From: Promethearchaeota archaeon
GTDB taxonomy: Archaea; Asgardarchaeota; Lokiarchaeia; Sigyniarchaeales; SOKP01
NCBI GenBank assembly: GCA_048940445.1
Contig: JBHLON010000029.1
Location: 1 to 43,352, forward strand
Direction: 5' to 3'
DNA length: 43,352 nucleotides
Part shown: in pieces, positions 29,942-38,850 of the stretch
Layout: every line of letters begins with the position of its first letter
How positions within the stretch are numbered: position 1 is the stretch's first letter
The notes under the pieces: generated by a model
What the model was told of the DNA's origin: nothing
The model's input: the letters and a program-made list of their open reading frames with translations, nothing else
Database searches by the model: none
Translations under genes and position numbers: made by a program

Positions 29942-31144
29942 ATGTCAAATCAAAAAGAGAGATTAATTCTTGGGGTTTCAATTCAAATATTTATAATGGG
30001 GTTAGTATCTCTTTTTACGGATATTTCAAGTGAAATGATTCAAAGCATTCTGCCAGTATTCATTTTGGACATAGGAGGGACAGCTTTAGCCCTTGGTTTA
30101 ATTTCAGGAGTCACTGAAGCTATAGCAAACATTTTAAAAGGAATATCGGGTTGGTTAAGTGATAAATTTAATAAAAGAAAACCATTTGTTGTTGCAGGTT
30201 ACACGTTATCCAATATATCAAAACCATTTATTGCATTCAGTCCATCCTGGGAATATGTTCTAGGCTTAAAAGCAGCTGATCGTTTTGGAAAAGGATTAAG
30301 GACTTCTGCAAGAGACGCATTAATTTCATATTATGCTACAGAAAGGGGAAAAGCATTCGGTTTGCATAGGGCAATGGATACATTAGGTGCCGCAATAGGT
30401 TCACTCTTAGCGTTTATCTTTTTATTTATAGCATGGACTTTACCTCAGATTATATTATTCTCTATTATTCCGGGGTTCTTTGCAATTGGTCTAATCTTTA
30501 TTGTAAAAGATATAGATCCAAACGAAATAGATAAAAAATTAGGTTTTAAGGAAGAAAATCTTGAAGTTGATAGGAAACTAGGAAAAAATTTTATTAAATT
30601 GATTATTATACTAGGCGTTATTGAGTTTGCTAGTTTAAACATAGCCTTTCTTCAAATAAGAGCCTTAAATTTTATTCCAGCGATATTTTTGGTTCCAGTT
30701 TTATATTTAGTGAGTAATGTTATTTATGCGTTATTTTCTCCTTTAACTGGAACTTTATCAGATAAAATTGGACGTAAACCAGTGATTATCTTAGGATTAT
30801 CTATTTTATTAGTCAGTTGTATTATTTTAGCATTCCCTGTTGAAATATCTCTATATTCTATTCTGTTAATATTTATAATCTTTATCATGTATGGATTCTA
30901 TATGGCCTCGGTAGATCCCATTTCGAGGGCATATATAGCTGATTTAACCGGAAAAAGAAAACGTGGACGTGCCTATGGATATTACTATCTCTCAGTAGGA
31001 CTTATATCTTTGGTTGAATCTTTTATTTTTGGATTAATTTATGATTATTCGATAACATGGGCGTTTATTTATGTCTCGATTTTATTATTTATCTGTATTG
31101 TTGTCTTTGCGATGACAGATTTTACAAAAATTATAAAGAAATAA
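29942..31144 (+). CDS. MFS transporter
   Basis: About 12 TM segments, GWLSDKFNKRK and GTLSDKIGRK motif A, DRFGKGLRTSARDALI. Confidence 0.92.
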   Translation: MSNQKERLILGVSIQIFIMGLVSLFTDISSEMIQSILPVFILDIGGTALALGLISGVTEAIANILKGISGWLSDKFNKRKPFVVAGYTLSNISKPFIAFSPSWEYVLGLKAADRFGKGLRTSARDALISYYATERGKAFGLHRAMDTLGAAIGSLLAFIFLFIAWTLPQIILFSIIPGFFAIGLIFIVKDIDPNEIDKKLGFKEENLEVDRKLGKNFIKLIIILGVIEFASLNIAFLQIRALNFIPAIFLVPVLYLVSNVIYALFSPLTGTLSDKIGRKPVIILGLSILLVSCIILAFPVEISLYSILLIFIIFIMYGFYMASVDPISRAYIADLTGKRKRGRAYGYYYLSVGLISLVESFIFGLIYDYSITWAFIYVSILLFICIVVFAMTDFTKIIKK

Positions 31145-31163
31145 TTTGTACAATTAACCTTTC

Positions 31164-32423
31164 TTATATTTCTTTTGACCATAATTCAGCTAAATTGATT
31201 ATAGTTTCAGTAGCTTTTTGTAACGATAATGTAGGGATATATTCTTTTCTGGAGTGAAAGAGTTCCCCACCTGTGAACATATTCGGTGTTGGAATTCCTT
31301 TAGCACTAAGTAAAGATCCATCAGTACCTCCTCTAGTGGAATGAACTTTCACTTCTAATCCCGCTAACTCTATTGCTTTTTTAGCTAAACTAATTGCTCT
31401 CTGTTCTTTCTCCACATATCTTAACATGTTTTCATATTGATGTGTAAAATTTAATTCTATATTTAAACCAGGATATCGGATTTCATATAAGCTTTTTAAG
31501 GTTTTGAGATAACTTTTACGCCTTTCATTTCCTTCTAACTCATAATCTCTTAACAATAATCTTGCTGAAGCTTCCTCTGCATTTCCCGTTAATTGAGTAA
31601 TATGAAAAAAACCTTCTCTTCCTTCAGTATGTTCTGGTGATTCTGATTCTGGCAATTCTGAAAGTAATCGAGAAGCTATATGGATAGCGTTAACCATTTT
31701 ATCTTTAGCATGTCCAGTATGAACATTTAATCCTTTAAAGTTAATAATTGCCAACCATGCATCAAAACACTCATATTCCAATTGACCTATTTCACCCCCA
31801 TCAATGGTATAACAAATCTTAGGTAATCTTTTCTCATCAACTTTGAGAATTGCCTGCTTTCCAGTCTCCTCATCTGGTGAAAAGCATATTGTGATTGGAC
31901 CGTGTTTTAATTCTGGGAATTTGATCCAAGCTGCACAAGCTGCCATAATTTCAGCAATACCTGCTTTATCATCAGCCCCTAAAAGAGTGTCTCCTTCAGA
32001 TGTAATTATATCAAGACCGATATAGTTTGTTAAATTATCTGAATCGCGCATAGATATGCTTAGACTTTTTGCTAATTTTATTTCCCCTCCTTTATAGTTT
32101 CTATGGATAACAGGCTTTACATCCTTGCCACTTACAGCAGAGGAAGTATCTAAATGTGCTAACAAACCAAAAGGAGGTGCTTTTTCAATCCCCTTACTAG
32201 GCGGAACATTGGCATATACAAATCCATTTTTATCCTGAAAGACATCTTTTAACCCTAGTTGTTTTAATTCTTCTAATAATATTTTACCTAATTCAAATTG
32301 ATTAACTGTTGATGGAAAAGAAGCAGAGCTTATATCTGAGGTAGTCCAAACTTTAACATACCTTAAGAACCTTTCTAGCACATCATTTAGTAAAAAATCC
32401 CGAACTACTTCGGATTCTAACAT
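31164..32423 (-). CDS. pepT: peptidase T (M20B tripeptidase)
   Basis: ERFLRYVK, AHLDTS, LLGADDKAG, PDEE, YTIDGG, RGGTDG, FHSRKE. Confidence 0.95.
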   Translation of the reverse strand: MLESEVVRDFLLNDVLERFLRYVKVWTTSDISSASFPSTVNQFELGKILLEELKQLGLKDVFQDKNGFVYANVPPSKGIEKAPPFGLLAHLDTSSAVSGKDVKPVIHRNYKGGEIKLAKSLSISMRDSDNLTNYIGLDIITSEGDTLLGADDKAGIAEIMAACAAWIKFPELKHGPITICFSPDEETGKQAILKVDEKRLPKICYTIDGGEIGQLEYECFDAWLAIINFKGLNVHTGHAKDKMVNAIHIASRLLSELPESESPEHTEGREGFFHITQLTGNAEEASARLLLRDYELEGNERRKSYLKTLKSLYEIRYPGLNIELNFTHQYENMLRYVEKEQRAISLAKKAIELAGLEVKVHSTRGGTDGSLLSAKGIPTPNMFTGGELFHSRKEYIPTLSLQKATETIINLAELWSKEI

Positions 32424-32459
32424 AATAATTAATTTTTAGTTTTTAATTATAAGAAATCT

Positions 32460-33257
32460 TTATCTTCCTTTAAATTTAGGTTCTCGTTTTTTAAGGAAAG
32501 ATTTCATTCCTTCTCCAAAATCATGAGTTCTTATATTTTTTAGATATAATTCAAATTCGTATTGTAATGAAGGAAATAATTCATTGTACTGTGAAAAGTT
32601 TAACATAGATTTATTATATCCAATACATGTTGTTGGCATTTCAGCCATTTTTCTGATGAATTCTGTTGTTTTTGCTTTAAACTCTGATACAGGATATACT
32701 TTATTTACTAAACCAATCTCTAAAGCCTCTTGGGCATCAAGTAATCTTCCAGTTAGAATAATATCAGTGGCACGACTAAATCCTACTATCCTTGGTAAAA
32801 GCCAACTTGCGCCACTCATTACACAAATCGCCCTTGAAGCACGATAGTCTCCGATCTTCAAATTATTTGCGACTAATCGAAAATCACAAGAGAGAGATAA
32901 TTCAAATCCAGCCCCTATACAGTAACCTTGAATTAATGCAATTACAGGTTTTCTAATCTCACGAATGAGTCTTATAACTTTATGATGAGGCATTCTAGAT
33001 CCATCCTCTAAAGGCTTAAAACGAACACCATCAGGCCCCATATTTTTTAAAACATCACCGGAGCTAAAAGCTGATTCAGAACCTTCTATTACTAAAATGC
33101 GAATGTTTCTATCTCTTCTCTTTGATTCTATAATATCTACAATTTCCATTAATAATGGATAATTTAAAGCATTCATGCAATTTGGGCGATTTAAACTAAT
33201 AGTGCCTATTCCATCTTCTTCATTATATTGTATGAATTCAAAATTTTTCGCACAAAT
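32460..33257 (-). CDS. enoyl-CoA hydratase/isomerase (crotonase); true start upstream of the annotated ATG
   Basis: AFSSGDVL, KPVIALIQGYCIGAGFELSLSCD, LTGR, KREPKFKGR; frame continues upstream as FEFIQYNEEDGIGTISLNRPNCMNAL. Confidence 0.88.
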   Translation of the reverse strand: MCAKNFEFIQYNEEDGIGTISLNRPNCMNALNYPLLMEIVDIIESKRRDRNIRILVIEGSESAFSSGDVLKNMGPDGVRFKPLEDGSRMPHHKVIRLIREIRKPVIALIQGYCIGAGFELSLSCDFRLVANNLKIGDYRASRAICVMSGASWLLPRIVGFSRATDIILTGRLLDAQEALEIGLVNKVYPVSEFKAKTTEFIRKMAEMPTTCIGYNKSMLNFSQYNELFPSLQYEFELYLKNIRTHDFGEGMKSFLKKREPKFKGR

Positions 33258-33377
33258 TTTGATCCTCTCAAAATACTGTAGGTTTTTAATATTTTAATCT
33301 ACAATTTATTAATAGATTATGTTCAAACATTATAAATAGATATTTAAAATCTAAATCAATCAAAAAAAAGAAAAGGA

Positions 33378-34166
33378 TTACCATATTTCGAATTTCTGAT
33401 CCAACTTTAATCCGAACACAGTAAAATAAGGTATCATTAAATCCCATAAACTAGTTTCAGCATTTAAAAAGATAACTACAATGATGACTGCTGTCCATCC
33501 AGTTATATTGCTCATCCCTAAAAAATCAAGATTAACATATGCAAAGGAATCAGAAAATAATGTTAAAAATAATAGTACATTAAAAAACAACATTACCACT
33601 ATTCTTAATAAAACGCCTAAAACACTGGTTATAATGAAATTTGAAGCACTCTTAAGTTTCTGACTATTTCTAATGCCCTCTTCAGTTTTATATAACCTTA
33701 ATAGAATGATAGGAATAATAATTAAAGAAAGTGTTGCAAAAAGTTTCATTAATGGACCTATTGGAGCAAAAGGATCAAAAGGCATTAAACCTAATGTTCC
33801 TATTGCGCAACATAATAATCCTGCTTTTGTTCCAAATATAAAGAAACACATAACCCACACAATTGATACTGGGTCAAAGTATGCGATTCCCCAACCCGGA
33901 ACACGTGGAATTATTGGTGCTAAGATTGCTGATAAAACTATGGATATTCCGCTAAAGTAAGCAGCTCCACTAATTTCTAAATTAATACGAGAGCTCCTTG
34001 ACATCTTAGTTTCTTTTTCTGCATCAGAAAGACCGAATTCCATTATTTTAGCCCCACACGTCTCGCAATGAGTTTTATTCATATCCTTTATTTCATTTCC
34101 ACAATTAGGGCAATGTGTTAATGGATGCTTAAGTTTGCCTATTTTTTTCTCTTTTAATTCTGTCAT
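33378..34166 (-). CDS. ECF transporter S-component-like membrane protein with N-terminal zinc ribbon
   Basis: CPNC...CETC, then ISGAAYFSGISIVL...FDPVSIVW...FG...G pattern and 5-6 TM helices. Confidence 0.7.
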   Translation of the reverse strand: MTELKEKKIGKLKHPLTHCPNCGNEIKDMNKTHCETCGAKIMEFGLSDAEKETKMSRSSRINLEISGAAYFSGISIVLSAILAPIIPRVPGWGIAYFDPVSIVWVMCFFIFGTKAGLLCCAIGTLGLMPFDPFAPIGPLMKLFATLSLIIIPIILLRLYKTEEGIRNSQKLKSASNFIITSVLGVLLRIVVMLFFNVLLFLTLFSDSFAYVNLDFLGMSNITGWTAVIIVVIFLNAETSLWDLMIPYFTVFGLKLDQKFEIW

Positions 34167-34257
34167 TTTAAAACATAACTTTTAGGTTTTTATAATACCT
34201 CTAAATCAACTCAAATATAAAAGTTTTATTTATGGTAATGTTTAGTGAAATCAGCTG

Positions 34258-34388
34258 AGATCAAATCCAAAGGAACAATATAGACAACCGATCTAAAAGA
34301 TCTCTCTCTTAAAGAACTATTCTTCAAACTAGGTTAATAAATTAGATTAAAATGGCATTAATCTTTTAAGAAGGACAAGATTTGATCT
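34258..34388. ncRNA. candidate structured non-coding RNA of unknown class
   Basis: Nested inverted repeats: 10-bp closing stem AGATCAAATC/GATTTGATCT plus three internal stems. Confidence 0.45.
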
Positions 34389-34408
34389 ACCCAATTTTGA
34401 GTTATTAT

Positions 34409-34663
34409 CTAACTCTGATTGAATACCTTTCGTAGAACCTTTTCTTCTTTCTTTTTTGTATACATTCCTAATAATATTAAAAATATAGAAAGAAATAGCC
34501 AAATAATCCAAAAACTAAGACTTAATGTATACCAATAGGGATTAAAAATACGTCTAAAAATAGTTGATAAAATTAACCCCGAAATCGCAATACCAGAGCA
34601 GATAATACCACAAATACAATCAAAATAGATTTGAATTCTAAGGCGCTTTAATTCGTCTGCCAT
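34409..34663 (-). CDS. small two-TM membrane protein
   Basis: 84 aa, two hydrophobic helices and a basic tail. Confidence 0.7.
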   Translation of the reverse strand: MADELKRLRIQIYFDCICGIICSGIAISGLILSTIFRRIFNPYWYTLSLSFWIIWLFLSIFLILLGMYTKKKEEKVLRKVFNQS

Positions 34664-34729
34664 ATTTATTATAGCTACAAATTTTCAAAATTAAGTTACT
34701 ATAAATATTAAAGTTCAGCTTTATAAATT

Positions 34730-36094
34730 TCATCTTTGTTTTAATAACTTCTTTTCTTTAGCGTCTAATCCGAACCAATCACTTATTTCTTTTAAATGCT
34801 TTCTCGAACTTCCACATAGCAATCTCAAAAAGGGAAGAAAATTCTGAATTATTTCTATTTTAGAGATAGAATATTTTTCTTTTACTTTTTCAGTAAACAA
34901 TTGTTCAGTTGCGCTTAAAGAAAAAAAAGAGGATGAACTATATCTGGGAAATTGAACTCTTTGAAATCCCGTTTTAGAGGATTTATCTGATTTAGACAAA
35001 GCAACTCCTCCAGCAAAAAGATCATAAAAGTAAGGCAAAAGAGACCAGTATTGATTTTTCCTTATTCTGCCAAAGATTTCATCTGCTATTGAGAGGTTCT
35101 CATAGGCATCAACAATTTCTTTTTTATTAATAATAAAATTAGGAAGATTTTCATTGACCCACTTATATAGAAAATTGTAATCAACATCAGATTTATCAGT
35201 TAAAATGCGAGCTTCTCTAAGTGTACTAATCTTTTGAAATAGATCTCTAATTAAAGTAAAAATTTCTTCATAACTATCTCTACTTAGTTTCAATATTAAA
35301 TCTTTATAATCTTTATCCATAGATCCGTGACTTAGTGCTTCAAGATCATTAATCACGCCTCTAAGGTCTCCGTTATTTTTATTTATTATCAATGTTAAAT
35401 CCTCTTCGCTCAATTCGATTATTTTTTCCTCTTTAAGAATTCTTTTTGCTACCCTTAATATCTCCTTGGTTGAGAGAGGATTAACCTCATATCTTTTAAT
35501 TTTATTATAAAGTGATTGTAAATTTTGTTTATATTCATTAGAACACAATATTATAGGAAATTGAGTTTCTTGGATCAGATTTAGAATTGTCGGTACCGCT
35601 CCTCTATCAGAAACACCATAAATACCATCCACCTCATCAATTAGTATTATCTTACGTTTATTATCTGTGATGTAATCCATTATACCTCTTGATTTTACTG
35701 TTTCTTTTAATTTAGCTTCTAATTTTGCTTTGGTACGAGTATCAGATGCATTAGTCTCGATCACCTCCATATTCAAATCATTTGCTAGTGCGTATACTAT
35801 TGAAGTTTTTCCTATGCCTGGAGGGCCTTCTAGAAGAACCGCTGCTTTCTCAGGAGGTATTTTAATTTCATCTTTTTGTTCTTTCTCTAGATGCATTCGA
35901 TTAAATTGCCTAATTTTTCTATTCTCAATGTTGATTCTTTCCATCTCCTTAAAAAATTCATTGATAAAAGCCTCTAATTCTTCGTTAAGTTTTATTCTAT
36001 GACCTTTAATCTTAGCTATTGGTAATGCCATAACTTTGATTGACGATGGACGGTATTTCTCTACCCATGGGAGATTTTTTACTTTTCTTGGCAT
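34730..36094 (-). CDS. rfcL: replication factor C large subunit
   Basis: PWVEKYRP, GPPGIGKTS, ETNASD, LIDEVDG, GDLRGVIND, WVNEN...ADEIFGRI...YWSLL. Confidence 0.93.
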   Translation of the reverse strand: MPRKVKNLPWVEKYRPSSIKVMALPIAKIKGHRIKLNEELEAFINEFFKEMERINIENRKIRQFNRMHLEKEQKDEIKIPPEKAAVLLEGPPGIGKTSIVYALANDLNMEVIETNASDTRTKAKLEAKLKETVKSRGIMDYITDNKRKIILIDEVDGIYGVSDRGAVPTILNLIQETQFPIILCSNEYKQNLQSLYNKIKRYEVNPLSTKEILRVAKRILKEEKIIELSEEDLTLIINKNNGDLRGVINDLEALSHGSMDKDYKDLILKLSRDSYEEIFTLIRDLFQKISTLREARILTDKSDVDYNFLYKWVNENLPNFIINKKEIVDAYENLSIADEIFGRIRKNQYWSLLPYFYDLFAGGVALSKSDKSSKTGFQRVQFPRYSSSSFFSLSATEQLFTEKVKEKYSISKIEIIQNFLPFLRLLCGSSRKHLKEISDWFGLDAKEKKLLKQR

Positions 36095-36102
36095 TATCTC
36101 AC

Positions 36103-37149
36103 CTATATGAATTCAGAGAAATAACAAATTTTTGCTATTAGATTAGAAATTTGAATATCCATATCTAATCCGTCTACTGCTCTAAAATCCGCTCTTGAAA
36201 TTAAATCTATTAATTTACATTTACTAAATGTGCTAATTGGTAATTGTAGAGATTCATCCATTAAAAACTTAAAAATTTCATGAGCTGAATACCTATAACT
36301 AGTCTGAATTTTACGAAATAGTTCTCTTGCTTTTGAAAAATCCCCTCTAAAGCATAACAATAATAATTTTTTCACTAGATCTTTTTGCGAGCTAAGTAAA
36401 TTACTGTAAAGCTTGTTTATATCAATAATTTTGGATTTTATACTACTTAATTGTAATAAATCTATTGCATTAGCAATTTTACCTTCTGTAAGTTTATAAA
36501 GCAATTTAATTGTATCATCTTCAATCTTTAATAATTCTTTTACTGAAATCTCTAAAATTAACTTTTTAAATGATTTATAATCTGCTGGAGAAATTATAAA
36601 TATTTGACAACGACTAATGATGGGATCTATGATATTTGAAATTTTATTAGTTATTAATATCATACGACAATTAGTTCCATAACTTTCCATTAATCTTCGA
36701 AATCCTTGTTGATTTGTTCCTAAAGATTCAAAATTCTTAATTACTAAAATTTTAAATGGGGATTCTCCCAATACTTTTAATTCAATAAAGGGTTTTATTT
36801 TCACTTGTAAAAATGCTGGGGTAGCAATTTTTTTTCCCGCTATACTTCCTATTTTACTTGTCGAAATATAAGCTTCAGATCGAGCTTCTTTTAATTCATC
36901 ACTGGTTAAAGGAACATTAGCATAAACAATTCTAAAATTTGCATCGAAGAAATCACCCAAAAATAATTTTGAGAATAATGTGGCAAGTGTAGTTTTTCCT
37001 ATACCTTCTGGTCCAGAGAGCAGAAGATGAGGAAAATTTTTTGACGTAACAAAATTATTTAGTCTTTCCTTTATTAATCCTCTTCCACAAATTTCTTTTA
37101 ATGTTCGAGGTAAATATTTAATACGCCAAATTGGAGATTCTGAGCTCAT
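36103..37149 (-). CDS. second, divergent RFC small subunit (predicted ATPase-inactive)
   Basis: W..KY.P, PHLLLSGPEGIGKTT and IISRC retained; Walker B reads LVIKNFE and sensor 2 reads GKIANAI. Confidence 0.88.
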   Translation of the reverse strand: MSSESPIWRIKYLPRTLKEICGRGLIKERLNNFVTSKNFPHLLLSGPEGIGKTTLATLFSKLFLGDFFDANFRIVYANVPLTSDELKEARSEAYISTSKIGSIAGKKIATPAFLQVKIKPFIELKVLGESPFKILVIKNFESLGTNQQGFRRLMESYGTNCRMILITNKISNIIDPIISRCQIFIISPADYKSFKKLILEISVKELLKIEDDTIKLLYKLTEGKIANAIDLLQLSSIKSKIIDINKLYSNLLSSQKDLVKKLLLLCFRGDFSKARELFRKIQTSYRYSAHEIFKFLMDESLQLPISTFSKCKLIDLISRADFRAVDGLDMDIQISNLIAKICYFSEFI

Positions 37150-37167
37150 TTATTACACCAATAGATA

Positions 37168-38145
37168 TTAAGCGCTAATATTTTTTATAATTTCAGCCAA
37201 TAAAGATGTTAATTGTATCTTCACATCTGCGCTTTGGCTTAATCGATAATCAATAGATCCTATGTAGGACATAATAAAGCTCAAGTTTTTAGGGTTAATT
37301 TTAAGTTGGGGAAGGATTTCTGAAATTTGTTTAATTAAATTTCTACTATCGAGATTACTGACCATGTTAATAATTTCTCTAACACTACTTATGTCCTTTT
37401 CATCAATTTTGCTGATCAATTTTTTTAACGTATTCTCATCTAAAAAACCAGATATTCTTAATATCTCATTTGTCTCTAAATTGTCTGTGAGTTGCAATGC
37501 TACAGACATTTGCAGCGTGTTAATTGCTTTTCTAAGGTCTCCACCAGATATAAAAAATAAAGTTTTATAAAAAAGTTCTTGTTTATTTGGAATTATCTCG
37601 ATTTCTTCACGTTCAATGATGTATTTCAGTCTTTCAATTACTTTTTTTTCTGGAAGAGATACAAACCTAAATACGGCACATCTAGAAATAATAGGATCGA
37701 TAATTCTGTTGATATAATTGCACAATAATATAAATTTAACGTTATTAGATGACAACTCAATAATCCTTCTAAGAGCTTGTTGAACTTGTCCCGGAATATT
37801 ATCAGCTTCGTCTAAAATTATAAACTTCAGAGAAGTGTCATCAATAATCATTTTCTGATTTACAAACTCCTTAATAACATTTCTAACATAATCCATCCTT
37901 ACAGTATCCGAAGCATTTAGTTCAAGAACATTTCTATAATAACTTTCTTTCTTAATCATTTCTTTTGCTATAATTAAAGCTGTACTTGTTTTACCAGTAC
38001 CTGCTGGTCCTGTAAAAATTAAATGGGGCATATCACCTGATTTTACAAATTCCTTTAAATTATTTATAGCGACATTTTGACTAATTAAATCCTTAAATGA
38101 TTTTGGACGATATTTTTCAACCCAAGGAGTTTCTAAATCAGTCAT
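37168..38145 (-). CDS. rfcS: replication factor C small subunit
   Basis: PWVEKYRP, GPAGTGKTS, ELNASD, ILDEAD, QQALRR, IISRC, GDLRKAIN. Confidence 0.96.
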   Translation of the reverse strand: MTDLETPWVEKYRPKSFKDLISQNVAINNLKEFVKSGDMPHLIFTGPAGTGKTSTALIIAKEMIKKESYYRNVLELNASDTVRMDYVRNVIKEFVNQKMIIDDTSLKFIILDEADNIPGQVQQALRRIIELSSNNVKFILLCNYINRIIDPIISRCAVFRFVSLPEKKVIERLKYIIEREEIEIIPNKQELFYKTLFFISGGDLRKAINTLQMSVALQLTDNLETNEILRISGFLDENTLKKLISKIDEKDISSVREIINMVSNLDSRNLIKQISEILPQLKINPKNLSFIMSYIGSIDYRLSQSADVKIQLTSLLAEIIKNISA

Positions 38146-38163
38146 TTACTTAATTATTTTACT

Positions 38164-38637
38164 TTAATCTTCAAATTTTTCTTTTGATAAATCTAATTCT
38201 AATACTTCATACACTTTTTTAAAATGCATCTTAGCATAGAGTTGAGCTGCGAGTTTTGCTTGTTCTTTGATATTTACCTTTATTTTTTCCACTTTAATTT
38301 TACGCAAATGTTCAATAGCCTTTTTTATAAGTAATTCTCCAATTCCTTTACCCCGATACTCCTCCTTAAGAAATACTTGTTTAATATATCCTTCAGAAGT
38401 TCCAAAAGGATCAATACGTAATTCAGCAATAACCATTCCTACCACTTTATCATCTTTATCTTCATCCACAGCAATAAGTATACCGTGTCTTTGCAATTTA
38501 TCATATATTCTTCGAGAAATCCCCCAATCGAATCTTTTTGGGTCAAATTCTTGTCCTAAACCCTCTACAAGTTGCTTAGTTAGCTCTCTTAATGCGTTAA
38601 TTTGCTCAGGAGTCGCAAGGTCTATCTTAATTGACAT
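38164..38637 (-). CDS. GNAT family N-acetyltransferase
   Basis: VFLKEEYRGKGIGELL acetyl-CoA motif A; A.QLYAKMHF. Confidence 0.9.
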   Translation of the reverse strand: MSIKIDLATPEQINALRELTKQLVEGLGQEFDPKRFDWGISRRIYDKLQRHGILIAVDEDKDDKVVGMVIAELRIDPFGTSEGYIKQVFLKEEYRGKGIGELLIKKAIEHLRKIKVEKIKVNIKEQAKLAAQLYAKMHFKKVYEVLELDLSKEKFED

Positions 38638-38850
38638 TTTTCTCTACTTATATGTTTATTAATTACAATATTGTATTCAGTATATACCTATTTAAAAAAG
38701 TATAGGTTAAAAAAATAATTAATAATTACTAAGATTAAAACATTTTTTTAAATAAAATAGATTAAAGGATTCTTTTCTAAACGGAATTTCTCTAAGTGTA
38801 AAATTTATATATATAAAATAATATTCTTTTTATATAATTCTTTTGAAAAG

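Noticed and set aside
34258-34388. tRNA, SECIS, T-box, c-di-AMP or cobalamin riboswitch, RNase P or SRP identity for the structured element
   Set aside because: Diagnostic motifs (TTCRA T-loop, AUGA/GA quartet with an upstream in-frame UGA gene, UGGNACC, GGGGGA, GGAAAGUCC, SRP helix 8) are absent; kept only as an unclassified candidate
34730-38145. Inteins in the RFC genes (common in archaea)
   Set aside because: Proteins are normal length, with no C...HN splice motifs or LAGLIDADG segments after Walker A
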